Of a stretch of DNA of 64,000 nt, positions 25,638-38,790 are shown piece after piece. Each line of letters starts with the position of its first letter. Position 1 is the stretch's first letter. The stretch lies in NCBI GenBank assembly GCA_964016885.1, contig OZ024743.1:22258001-22322000 (forward strand). Direction: 5' to 3'. The notes beneath the pieces were generated by a model. It was not told the DNA's origin and made no database searches. It was given only the letters and a program-made list of their open reading frames with translations. Made by a program: the position numbers and the translations under genes. This stretch comes from Eledone cirrhosa. Lineage: Eukaryota.

Positions 25638-25916
25638 CGAACGAAATGTGGTAAGGAACCAGATGGACCATAACGCACCAAAGTACTCAAAACATTTTCT
25701 TTTTATTTGAATTTGGCAAAGCCGGCCATTTATCGCTCGTATACAGGAAACTGACTGGCCAGCCTGCTGATATACAAATCTGGCTGATCAGGGGATCTGG
25801 TAATATGCAGATCTGACTGATCAGCCAGTCTGCTAATATGCAAATTAGGCCGATCAGTCACTGTGTATTTTTGAAAATAGCATATATTTTCACTAGCGCT
25901 GACAGTTTGGCAGGTG

Positions 25917-25964
25917 AGCTGTACTGATGAAGGGTGATACCGAGAAACATTAGTGTATGCAGTT
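25917..25964 (+). ncRNA. Minimal type I hammerhead ribozyme
   Basis: AGCTGTA-CTGATGA-AGGGTGATACCGA-GAAA-CATTAGTG-TA^TGCAGTT. Stem I is 7 bp, stem III is near-palindromic and stem II is weak. Confidence 0.65.
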
Positions 25965-26744
25965 GTGTTCACATGCCAACACAAGAGCAAGAATGAGGGG
26001 CTCATTCTACCGACATGGCTATAAAATTGAGGCATGTTTGCATATTTGCAAACGAATCAAATGTTATTATTAATATTCGAAAAATTCAGATTACATTTAT
26101 TGTATTCAGCCATGTAGAGCGAAAATTTTCTTTTTTACATACATAAATATATATATATATATATATGTGAGCGTGTATACAAGTGTGTGCGCTTACAATA
26201 TAAAAGTGTCAATTATTTCTAACATTGACACACAGCCAGCAATTTGGGGGAAGGAGTGATTTGATTATATTTGAGCAACTCCAGGAAGATGAAAGGCTAA
26301 GTTGACAATATGTTTTAAACTCAGAGCACAGTAAACCGGATAAAATGAGTCAATTATTATGCAATATCACTTTTATCTATTTCTTTTGAAAGGAAATCAG
26401 AAGAAATATTAACTCAGAAATATGACGTAACTAATGTCGTAACTAAATATTATAAAGCATTTTGTTGACGCGCTACCGATACCGTTCGTATACTATAATA
26501 AGAACGCTGTCTTTCAATCCGTCTGTCATGCTCTCTGTATATAGAGAGGGGGGGGGGGCGTCAAACGAGAGATATGTTCATAGATAGAGAAAGAAAAGGG
26601 AACGCCGTGTTTTTTCGAGATGACTGAGAGAGAGGTAGATGGGCAGAAAGCTACGATGTCATCCTTATCTATATAGAGAGGGGGCGCTTTAAGCGAAAGA
26701 GATGTACATGTTTAGAGAGAGAGAGAGAATGTGTGTGTGTGTGC

Positions 26745-27736
<992 letters not shown>

Positions 27737-27989
27737 ACATAAAGTGAGAGAAGACGTCGCCCTAGTCTAGTAGGAATAATAACGTCAATAGCAAAGTAGT
27801 AGTAATGCTGATGATCTTAATAACAAAGCAATTTTCAACAGAGGTACAAGACTCGAAATTGGTGGAAGTGGAACAGTTTATCATAACAACACCTATACAT
27901 AACTAGTATTTATTCAATCGGTCCTAGAAGAAGGAAAGGCAAACAACAACAGCAACAGCAGCAGCATCAGTAACAACAACAACAACAAT

Positions 27990-28420
27990 AATAATTGTTT
28001 TTATTTTTGGCACAAGGCCAACAATAACCCAGTAGATTACTGGTACTTTATTTTATCGACCCCGTAAGGATGAAAGGCAAAGTTAACCTCGGCGGGATTT
28101 GAACTCAGACCATAAAGGCAACAACAGCACCAACTGTAACAACAACATATAAACAGCATGTGAAACATGTAAACTAGAACAATAATGATGATGTACTGAT
28201 AACTATTTTAATGGTGATAAGGATAATAATTATTATTATTGGATTAGCAGTATCGGTAGAGAGTCGGACACCATGCCCTTTACGATCTGAGTTCAAATCC
28301 CACCAAGGTTAACTTTGCCTTTCATAAAATAAAGCTCCAGTAACATACTGAGGTCGATTTAATCAACTTTCCCCTCCCCAAAATTACTGGCCTTGTGCCT
28401 ATACTAGAAATCATCATTAT
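27990..28420. mobile_element. Two oppositely oriented Nin-SINE copies (27990-28118 minus, 28240-28420 plus)
   Basis: SINE diagnostic blocks are present on opposite strands. Confidence 0.75.
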
Positions 28421-28429
28421 GAAAACACT

Positions 28430-30065
28430 CCTTAGTCTGGCAAGGCCGGTTATATAGAGATGGTATTTCAATAAACATAGTCGTGGGAAGGAACACTCCA
28501 CAAACCACTCTCATGGGATCATGATGCAAAACAATAATTAAATTATTTTACAGCATATATGAAGCTGGAACCAATTACGGTGAAGCTCTCTCGTCTGGCA
28601 TATTTGGAGCCCTCCTTAACAGGGGAAGTGATCTGGTCCTGGGCGGTCGTTACCAAGCAGCATATCACACAAACATAAGTGGACGAAGAAAATGTACGCC
28701 TACACTCATTGAATGTCATAGAAGAGCCAAACCACAGATCTCCCGGACATCGATAAAACAGTTGTGTGGCATTGTAAAAAAAAAACAACATCCTACCAGC
28801 ATGTCTTTGGCCTGGATTCAATTTAAGAAAACATATGATATAGTGCCTCATTTTGGGATTCTTAATGCTTAATGATGTTTGGTATTGCTGACAACATTAC
28901 AAATTTTTTCCTGAATAGTCTGCTAGAGTGGAAAACTAAGTTGTACTCGAGCAAGGTATTCCTTGGAAAAGTAGAAATTAAAAGTGGCATCTTCCAAGGT
29001 GACACATGTTCACCGATTACAATTTGTCATTGTACTTATACTTATAACATTGATACTTAGGAAAGTTAGAATGAGTTACCAATGTGGAAAGAAAAAAACC
29101 ATTCATAAACCATCTTCTGTTTATGGATGACCTGAAACGGTTTGGGAATTCTTGCTCCCAATTCGGTGAAGTATAACATCTACAAAACTGCAGACTTTGA
29201 AAAGAATGTGCAAAATGTAACCTACTTGGTAAGTGGATGTTAGTTAGTCTTGTACAAAAAGAATACTAGTGCCACCATGATAAAGTCTGTTTCTACCTTC
29301 ATATGCTGTTTTGTCGTAAATACTAATACGAAGTAATAGAGAATTGGTATGAGTATGTAAAGTAATGCAAGAGGATGCGAAAGCAACGATATTCTGAGAT
29401 TATGACTGGTAACGTGATTGAGCATCACCAACCGGACATTGTCGTATGGAACAAGAAAGACAAATAATGTCATATCATAGGCGTAGCCATACTAAATGCC
29501 GTAAATGTTGAGAGTAAAGAGATTGTAAAAAATCACCACGTACTCCGAATTGAAAGTAGACATAGCAAGACTGTTTGGAATTCAAGAGGGTAATGTGAAA
29601 ATGATAGCAGTTGTGACCAAGAGACAATTCCATTGCAACTCAATACATACAGACAGACAAATAAATACTAACAGGCCAGACGTCATAATCAAAGACCTAA
29701 GATAAAAAAAACAACAACAACATATCAGTTAATTAATATGGCGGTGCCTACTGATAGAAACATTTCAGCAAAAGAATTTGAGAAACTATCTCAATACAAG
29801 GACATTGAAAATATCTAGGATGTGGCAAATAAAAACTAGTCATCCCTGCGAGTGCCCTAGGAATGATCAAAAAAGGTACTGACAAATTTTTCGACTAGAT
29901 CCCAGGGAAATCAACAATCTACAGGGTTCAAAAAGCAGTGTTGATATCAACCGCTCACCTTCTCAGAAAGTTCCTCTCCGTCTCATGTTGACGTGCCTTA
30001 AGTCTCCGGTTGAGACCTGACCGGAAGATGAAACAAAATGGAAATCAAGCAAAAAATAATAACAA
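28430..30065 (+). mobile_element. R4/Dong-clade non-LTR retrotransposon fragments (RT and two RLE-encoding ends)
   Basis: Decayed motifs W...KKxYD.VPH, GIFQGD and INHLLFMDDLK. RLE blocks PDIVVW...IIGVAI (about 29430) and NRPDVIIKD...INMAVPTDRNISAKEFEKLSQYKD (about 29670-29810). AAT-rich tail. Confidence 0.7.
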
Positions 30066-30070
30066 TAAAA

Positions 30071-30255
30071 AATAATTGTTTCTACTTTTGGCACAAGGCC
30101 AGCAATTACCCAGTGCATTACTGGTACTTATTTTATAGACCCCGTAAGGATGAAAGGCAAAGTTAACCTCGGCGGGATTTGAACTCAGATTGTAAAGAGA
30201 CATAACTATGGTGGAAAGCATGGCGTCCGACCCTCTACCGATACTGCCAATTCAC
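30071..30255 (-). mobile_element. Nin-SINE
   Basis: Full set of SINE blocks, including A and B boxes on the minus strand. Confidence 0.8.
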
Positions 30256-30441
30256 AATGGTGAAGGCTAATCAATTCTATGAAGAGTGAAATAGGCAGAT
30301 TTAGCAGAAGAACAATTTGCTCATGGATCATGTCAGCTATTGAACCTAAGACGATGGAATTACAACAGCTTCGCCATCAGTTATTTTAAAACCGTTGAAA
30401 GCAAAAGTTACTGTAGATTTGTCTAATTTGAGGTTGTAAAG

Positions 30442-30605
30442 AACTCATGGGCAAACTACGGCCCAAGAGTCGCATACGGCCTATTTGGCTTTCTGAATGG
30501 CACACCTAATTTCAAAATTGCTTTGAATTTTTTTGTAGTGCAGCCTAGCTTATAATGAGCCATATCTTATGCGGCCCAATTCTCATAAAAGGTTGCCCAT
30601 GCCTG
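30442..30605. mobile_element. hAT-like MITE
   Basis: TIR CATGGGCAAAC / GGTTGCCCATGCCTG. 8-bp TSD TTGTAAAG (30434-30441) and TTGTAGAG (30606-30613). Confidence 0.6.
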
Positions 30606-31759
30606 TTGTAGAGCTTTACCCTCCAGTCCCTAGAGATCTACTCCACAACGTCAGAGGATCTAGTAAAAGCTCGGTAACTATGTCAGCTTTATTCTGAATG
30701 AAATCGCAGCGATATTATGATGATTCATTTTAGATCAAAAAGCATGAAGTGAGTAATAAATTCATGAATCACTGAATCACCAGCTGTAACTGTATGTTAG
30801 ATTATTAAAATTGCATGAGAACTGCCGATGGCTGACACTCACAAGTAAAATTATAGACTTCAGACTCTAAAGTCGAACAGTCAATAAAAAGCTTCATTAT
30901 TGTTAGAAATTACTTGAACCGAAGATTATCAACCGTAGGATTTCACGAATTACATGAGCCGTATATCGCTGTATGAAAGACCATACCATCATGCTTGTAA
31001 AGGCTATTTTCTGGGATGACTTGAGTCGTTCTGGGGATGGGGTATATCTCGAATGTAAAGAAAAAACACAACTGTGACGCAGTAACTTAATAAGGGAGTG
31101 AGGAGGCGGTAAGTCCAGAGTGATACTTTTATGGGGACGGTAATTGTGGGTCTGTTGTATATATTTGTGTATGCGAGGAGCCAGAGTGTGTGTGTGGGGG
31201 GGGGGGGGGGGGGCGAGGGCTGTCCACATTCTAGACATGCAACGGCCATGGTGCAGCTAGAGGTCTGGAGTGAGTATTGTACAAATACCTCTCCCCAAAA
31301 CATGTCACGAGTGAAAGTTTCCAGTCTTACAAAACTACCAAACAGAGAATCCCATAGAAGAGACTTCATAGTCAGATCCTGATACAAGAAGCTTTACGTT
31401 TCATAAGGTTACTCTCGTCGGCTTGTTAAAATATCAATGGATGTGGAATTTGATAGCTGACCGTGACAGTATTTGTGTCTAAGAGCCTCTGCCAGACTTT
31501 CCATCGTGCTTAGGTCTGCTTAAGCACAAGGCCCCGTTGGCCAGGGGCGCCCATCTTCCTGCCAAAAAAATGTTTACCTCCTTCAGGGCCCAAGTAAGGG
31601 GCCACATAACTTAACCAGCACAGGATCTCATGTGTCCTAAATCCGGCACTGCTTCCACTCGTGGATACTAGAGTCACTGTGCCTTGCTAAAGTTCAACCT
31701 GCCACTGTTACAGCCATTATTGTTACATTGTTTACTCACTTGTCTCTAAAAACAACACA

Positions 31760-32225
31760 ACTATAATCAGACAGATTTCAATTGTTAACAGGAATATTCC
31801 TGGGCGATTACTTGTCAGCAATGTTGTTTGTGTTGGCTGTCAACTCCTTCTCGGTAGTGCTGACGAAATTCCATGCTAGGATAGTTAGAGCTGATCACAC
31901 CATTCTCATGGGACATAGAAGTGGAGCTTAGTCAGGACTAGTACTGATATTGGAAAATTGTCAACCAAACAAAAAATATGGACGTTAATGGCCTACTATC
32001 TCCTCTATCGCTAGTAGCGAATGCTACAAGTATATTGGAATTGAGGAAAATGTTGCATACATTGGTACGGTGAGTAAAGCTAGAGTGACCAAGGACTACC
32101 TCAATAGAGTCTTCGAAAAGTATGGAAATCAAACTGTCTGCATTAAATAAGACCACGGCCCATAATATATTTACAGTTCCTCTGATAGTACCAACAGGAA
32201 TGACAATATGAACACAACTACATGT
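31760..32225 (+). mobile_element. Decayed R4/Dong-like RT fragment
   Basis: GIFLGDYLSAMLFVLAVN (GIFQGD.LS motif) and YKYIGIEE. Confidence 0.5.
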
Positions 32226-32228
32226 GTA

Positions 32229-32436
32229 CATATGCAGACCTGTCATCTCTCCCTGTCCGACGGGGAGATCTGCCACCCACTTTGGGGTGGGTGAGAGATG
32301 TCTTCTCTTATGAAAATGGTTATAGCTTTTATTATGTAAAATCTCCCCATTTTGCCTGATTTCTCCCAGTTTTGAGGGTACTTTTTTTCATGGTTCTCCC
32401 CGTTTGGGTTTTTAGAGGTTGGTAAGTCTGCATATG
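32229..32436. mobile_element. MITE with terminal inverted repeats
   Basis: CATATGCAGACCTGTCA at the left end and TGGTAAGTCTGCATATG at the right end. Confidence 0.5.
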
Positions 32437-32957
32437 ATACACACTTGCATGCACAGAAGGACATACACATAACCCCCCCCCCCCACACACACACACAAGT
32501 ACTCGATTGATATATCCACTTATAACACGAGTGCAAATACATATATCTTCATACACACACACACACACTGGCTAACTACCTTATTTACAAATACCTGGAA
32601 CTTTCTTGACTTAAACAAAAGTCTTGGCACTTTGTCAGTGACTAACTTAAATTTTGCTAAGAACTCAAATAAATATCAAAGAAAAACATACATGCAAACT
32701 TTTAGAATGCAATCAATCACAGAACATTAGTTGAATAACATCAAAAAGAAATACATACACATATCTCTTCTTTTAACTTTCGTATTTTAAGCGTATGGTT
32801 AAGTATAAGATTTTTTCCCATTAGGTTTATAAATAGATAACGATAAATGGTGGGGCGAGACGATTTGTTTATAAAGAATAAGAAATGAATCCGCTTGATA
32901 GAAACCATAAAAGTGGGAAGTGTTTTCATATTAAAGAAACTGCTTATTTCTGTTCAC

Positions 32958-33326
32958 CGTAGATTGGCAGCATCGGTAGAGGGTCGGACGTCATGCTTTG
33001 CAGCAAAGAGTTACGGCCCTTTATGGTCTGAGTTCAAATCCTGCCGAGGTTAACTTTGCCGTTCATCCTTACGGGGTCGATAAAATAAAGTACCAGTAAT
33101 ACACTGGGATAATTGCTGGCCTAGTGCCAAAAGTAGAAACAATTATTATTTTTAGAGCGTCAGACACCATGCTTTGCTGCATAGAGTTATGGCTCTTTGC
33201 GTTCTGAGTTCAAATCCTGCCGAGGTTAACTTTGCCTTTCAGCCTTACGGGGTCGATAAAATAAAGTACCAGTAATGCACTGGAATAATTGCTAGCTTTG
33301 TGCCAAAAGTAGAAACAATTATTATT
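32958..33326 (+). mobile_element. Head-to-tail dimer of Nin-SINEs (32958-33150, 33153-33326)
   Basis: Two consecutive copies with B box GAGTTCAAATCC and ATT tails. Confidence 0.85.
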
Positions 33327-33379
33327 TTTTTACAAGAGTCGTTGTTAATCTATTCACCCAGTTTCATATTTATCATCCA

Positions 33380-34424
33380 CTAGCATTAAAGCCCGGCGTT
33401 GCTCGGGGTCATTAAGTTACCAAAGTTAGGTTGCACCACCCATTTTATGGCAGCACTTTTTTGTCTGCCAGGCACTGGGTGAATGAATTGCAGACCTGGA
33501 AGCAGGAGCTGCGCCAGCAGTGACAATTGTAGTTTCGCCTATGGATATTATCTCTGTGCAAAAAAGTGTTGAAATTTATTGTTTCACAGTACTTGCGCAA
33601 CACGCGCGTAGACGATGCCAGCCGAACAACAGAGCTGCGATGGAGTTGTTCTGCATGGTTGTCTGTGTGTTTTCTAAATTTAAGACAGTAGGGAGTGGTG
33701 TGATATGGGGGAGAGTTAGCTGCTGTTTCTAGCAGGTTTAGTAACCTCATAGAGGATATGTGTTTTCTAAATTTAAGACAGTAGGGAGTGGTGTGATATG
33801 GGGGAGAGTTAGCTGCTGTTTCTAGCAGGTTTAGTGACCTCATAGAAGATATGTTTTCTAAATTTAAGACATTAGGGGGGGGGTATGGGGGAGAGTTAGC
33901 TGCTGTTTCTAGCAGGTTTAGTGACCTCATAGTGGATATTATTGTTTATCATTATCTATAAAAGGCAGATTGTTGTTGTTGTTGTTGAAGTGAGTGTGTG
34001 TTTGTATGCGTTTGGAAAAGAGGTTTTAAAAAAGATTTATCGCTTGTTGTTGAATAAATGTATCTGTATAAAAGAGAAAGTAGCAAAATGTGTGGGTTGT
34101 AGTTAGAGATGAGCAGATGATATGAGAGAGTAAAACGGACAGTATCACCATCAAGCTTGGAAAGAGAAAGTAGCAGAAAGTATGAAGTTGTATAGATTTT
34201 GAATGGTAGTGGAAAGAGTTTAGCAGTTTAAATGACAGAGAAAAATCGTAAAATATTGAGTTTTATCTATTTTTTGCGTAATTGTGGGTGAAATTGAAAA
34301 TATTATCTGTGCCAAGACGCAATCGAAGCTATTTCGAATACTGAATTGTAAATTTCAATTGAAGAAATTCTATATCGTAGATTTCTATAAGAAAGGAGCA
34401 TGACCACACACTGAGCTTTATAGA
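33380..34424 (-). mobile_element. Non-autonomous Helitron with an internal tandem array
   Basis: The minus strand starts TCTATAAAG and ends with the GC hairpin CCCGAGCAACGCCGGG, 8 nt, then CTAG. It is inserted between A and T with no TSD. Confidence 0.7.
33668..33939. repeat. Tandem repeat, 3 x about 91-93 bp
   Basis: Units start at 33668, 33761 and 33852 (TGTTTTCTAAATTTAAGAC...). This explains the repetitive ORF 33445-33930. Confidence 0.9.
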
Positions 34425-34709
34425 TTATGATTTACAAAGGTACCGTAGTTATAGTCTTTGAAGTGAGAAGCATCCATTGCTTACTTTCAAAGTTAAACAA
34501 CTTGCCTCCGACTAGCTTGACAAATCAATGACGTTTTCTATCTCTCTCAATGCCATATAAACATTTACACATTCCTTTGGAATAAGACAGAGGTTGAGAG
34601 GGACAGAAAGAGGGCGAACGAGTCTGCTACTAGGAGAGAGAGAGAGAGAGAGAGAGGGGGGGAGATTAACGGGTATAGGTTTATAATATATAAAAATGAT
34701 ATACATACA

Positions 34710-36131
34710 TGTATGTATGTATGTATGTATGTTCTTCTGGTTTTATAATTTCACAAATTTTTGCCAATAGAGAGAGAGTCAGTTTCTAATATAGTTACAA
34801 GACTCTCTCATTGGAATTTACACAACATCAACTAGGTACATATGTATGCATGTCTGCATGCATGCATGTGTGTGCAGGTATGGATGTTATTGTATGTGTG
34901 GATGTGTATGTTTTGAGTTGTATGTGCGCTTTGTATCTGTACATGTGTATATGCAGTTATTAGATGCACAATTTTTGGAATTTTTACATATTTTTACTGT
35001 TCTATTAATGGATTGTACTTGTAATTTCCTAACTAGTTGTGTTCTCTCTGTTCTTGTGAAGCCCAGCTTCTCAAGATTTGTATTGAGGCAGTTACTAACA
35101 TATCCCAGTGCCCCAATAATCACAGGTATAAATCTGAAGGGATAATTAGGGTGGAGTATCTGCAGATTTCTCATCAGTTCTGCATAAATATTCTCCTTTT
35201 CGCTAATCTTTGATATTATATTGGCATCAGCTGGGCAGCTAACTTCCACTACTGTGTATGCCTTTCCCCCCTGTCCCATATCATTATATCTGGTCTGTTA
35301 TGCTGCATTTTATTGGGGTTTTTACTGGAACATTCCACCAGTACTCTTTCATATTATGTATATGTATGTCTTCCACATTGCTGTAGCCTTTAATGTGTTT
35401 GTCATCGGGGCTATCTTTTCTACGAACTGTATTGTACAGTGTTTTGGCCACTATATCATGCCTCATAGGTAGATAGTATCGTGATGACATCTTTGGACAG
35501 ATGTTTATGATATGGGTGACATCTTTGATGTTAATTCTGAAGAGTCTGCACTTGTCACATCTAGGTGTTTTGCCTGCATCCCTATCTCTTTTGTGAATCA
35601 GGCATTTCGTGTTGATTTCTTGTTCTTGGATTGCAAAAGCGTATCCTTCAAATGGGAGCCAATATAGCGGTTGTTGGTCCAAGATAGACTACTTTGTTTA
35701 TTATATTACTCTCACTCTGGAGCTTCCTGGCATCATATCCATGCATGATGTTTTGCTGATAAGCATGTAGTTTTCATCCATTGATTCACTGCGGTACTCC
35801 TGAGCAACTTCCCTGGGAGTGAGTTTTGATTATCATACAGGGAATATCTCTCAAGTAGTTCCTTCCCAACTCTCATGATCTTATCTGTCTCATGCAGATA
35901 GACTTGCTCGAGAGGCGGGCTCCTACGCTTCGAGGTTCGTATATGTTGTCGGATGGATATGATGCGACGTTCAAATGCAGCCTGGACTGATATTAGGCTT
36001 CTGCCTCCCTGCTTACGTTTCAAGTAGAGGCGGTCTATGTCACTGTTGATGTGGAAGTTTCCGGTGTTGCTTAGTATTTTTCGAGTCCCGACATCAACTG
36101 TTCGGATTTCGTCTATCGTCCAATTGAGCAA
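34710..36131 (-). mobile_element. R4/Dong-clade retrotransposon 3' fragment
   Basis: DIDRLYLKRKQGGR, FAIQEQEINTK, zinc-knuckle relic CRLF...HIINIC, YYLPMRHD, and RLE VEVSCPADANI...IPVIIGALG. (CATA)n tail near 34710-34735. Confidence 0.85.
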
Positions 36132-36375
36132 TATTATTGCTCCTACTTAAGGTCGACTTCTAAATCATTTGGGTGTTCCATAAATTACATCCTCATTTTG
36201 TTTCATATCTATCTAGACTATATTTTAACCTGCAATCCATGTTTCTGTTGCACCTCATTTCTCCACCCACCTCTCTCTTTCTCTTTGTGATATTTGAATC
36301 TATTATGATTTTGGCTTACTTTATTCATATATATATATGTTTTTGCATGTCAGATTCAAACTTACAATGATTGGC

Positions 36376-36417
<42 letters not shown>

Positions 36418-36843
36418 CTCAGTTTTTTTCTATTGGTTGTAAAATAAAAACTGACCAGGATTGAACCCAAGGCCAGTATTTCCACTGTCTCTAGTACCTA
36501 CCGCTAGGCCACAGAGACAACTAAAAATTCATACTTATAAACCTACTCTCAAAATTTTCAAAACAAAGGGTTGTGGTGTCGCTCATGTCTTTCTTAATGT
36601 TATTGTTCCTACTTAAGGTCGACTTCTAAAACATTTGTGAGTTCCATAAACTATATCCTCGTTTTGTTTCACATCTATATAGACTATATTTTAACCTGTA
36701 ATCCATGTTTCATACCTGTTCCACTTCACCCACCCCCTCTCTCTTTCTCTCTGTGATATTTGAATCTACTACATTTTGGGCTTACCTCATTCTTATATAT
36801 ATGTTTTTTCATATCAGTTAGATTCAAACTTACAATGATTGGC

Positions 36844-36850
<7 letters not shown>
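36132..36850. repeat. Direct duplication of about 250 bp (36132-36380 and 36597-36850), flanking a tRNA-like Pol III head
   Basis: Both copies run TCCTACTTAAGGTCGACTTCTAAA...GATTCAAACTTACAATGATTGGCATTATAT. The spacer 36454-36519 (minus) has A box TGGCCTAGCGG and B box GGTTCAATCC. Confidence 0.75.
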
Positions 36851-36906
<56 letters not shown>

Positions 36907-37078
36907 TATTTATATACAGTGGTGGACTAGGTCTAAAAAATTGGTTGGCAGATGATGGGGTCCCAAAACAGTGCAATGAAATTTTTGCGGAAAAATATCT
37001 TACCTTCTCCAATAAAAAACATGTATTTTGCGAAATCCAGAGACTTTCAATAATGACCTTTGGTCTTTCACACTCACT

Positions 37079-37137
<59 letters not shown>

Positions 37138-37149
37138 TTAGAAAGTGAG

Positions 37150-38790
37150 TTTTCTTTTACAAAATGAAAAATAACCGAGGTGGCCTACACGAGTGAAAGT
37201 ATAAAGAAAAAAGATGAAATCGAAAATACAACTGGAGTCTTATTTTTAAAAATATATATATATTTATATATTTGGTTCCTTTACCGGTTTCGCAGTTCTT
37301 CTGCTTTTCAAAAGTAGAGTTGAGATGGAGGGTCTGTGCTTTTTCTCACATCTGGTTGGTCTTTGAATGTTACTTGTTTTATATGGTAAAAAGTGGCTCG
37401 AAACGCCAGGTTTTTAGAGAAGTAATTTGATTGGTTGGTCAATAAGTATAATAAATTTCGAGCCAGTTCGCGTTACAAAGTTCTTCAAACAAGGAAGGGG
37501 GGCTCAGGTTGTTTTTTCATATATGAGTGTTTGAATTTCTTTTTACTTAAAAAAAAGGGGCTCACAAAGGCTTTTTTTTATAAATGTAATTTGATTGGTT
37601 ATAAATGAAATTATGGTTGTCACGTGAACAAGTTCATTAAATTTCGCGCCCGTATTTGGGAATTTATTTTGTAGCCTTTTAGAGAATTTTATGACAAACA
37701 AAAGAAAAGGGTCAAGAGAAATGGGATGGGATAATTGTTCTGATTCAGTGAAAATAGCAGGTTGTTTTTTCATATATGAGTGAAGTTTGGTTGGTTGATG
37801 TAGTCACGTGAATAAGTATATCAGCTTTCGCGTAAGTTTGTTTGAATTTCATTTTACTTTAAAAAAAGTGGCTCACGAGGGCTTTTTTTTAATAAATAAA
37901 ATTTGATTGGTTATAAATGAAATTATGATTGTCACGTGAACAAGTTCATTAAATTTCGCGCCCGTATTTGGGAATTTATTTTGTAGCCTTTTAGAGAATT
38001 TTATGACAAGCAAAAGATAATGGTCAAGAGAAATGGGATGAGTTCAGTGAATATGGTTAGTTCGCTGGGGTGTCAGAATTCAGATTTTCTATTGAAATAA
38101 AGAAAGTAAAGATATGCATGTTTATTTGTGTGCTTGTGTGTGTGTATAGGAAGATGATTCTATTAGTAGAAATGGGGGAGGGAGTTGTGTGTGTGTGTGT
38201 GTGTGTGTGTGTATGGGTGTTATGTGTGTGTGTGGGAGTATGTTAAGATGGAGAGAATATATATATTTTACGTGTGTATATGTGTGTAGGAAAGTGATTC
38301 TATTAGTAGAAATGGGGGAGGGAGTTGTGTGTGGGGGGAAGGGGGGTTATGTGTGTGTATGGGTGTTATGTGTGTGTGGGAGTATGGTTAGCATGTTAAG
38401 ATGAAGAGAATATATTATTGTGTGTGTGTGTGTGTGTGTAGGAAAATGATTCCGTTAGTAGGAATATTTTTGAATGAACATATTTTCCTTACTTATTCGT
38501 ATTTGTTCTGTTGTATTGTCAGCGCAAACGTATGTTAAGGTTTATTTAGTTCGGGTTTTTATTTTCTAAAGTAGAAGGAGTTATGTGTGTGTGTATGTGT
38601 CTGTTTGGATGGTTAGCATGTTATGGTGTTGACATAATGTATATTAAACCATATTTAATGCTGGTCTATATTTTTGAATAAACATATTTTACTTATTTAT
38701 TCGTATTTTTTCTGTTGTATTGTCAGCGCAAAGGCAAAATGGGAAGACTTGGAATTTGGGTGTCTTATTACTTGTCACACGAAAACAAGA
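37150..38790 (-). mobile_element. Penelope-like element 3' part (GIY-YIG C-terminus, duplicated 3' UTR, pLTR HHR)
   Basis: Minus 38790-38650 reads FQVFPF...KIRINK*NMFIQKYRPALN (the RxxxE..FI....P.LN motif). Internal duplications with a period of about 310 bp at 37500-38040. HHR at 37279-37314. Confidence 0.65.
37279..37314 (-). ncRNA. Minimal type I HHR, U3-A8 core variant
   Basis: Minus strand reads CTT-TTGAAAA-GCAG AAGAA CTGC-GAAA-CCGG-TA^AAG, with palindromic stem III ACCGGT. Confidence 0.7.

Noticed and set aside
33445-33930. 161-aa repetitive ORF; array superficially CRISPR-like
   Set aside because: It is a tandem repeat with no unique spacers, no cas genes and a eukaryotic context.
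36454-36519. tRNA gene
   Set aside because: It has A and B boxes but no acceptor or anticodon stem pairing, so it was treated as a SINE-like head.
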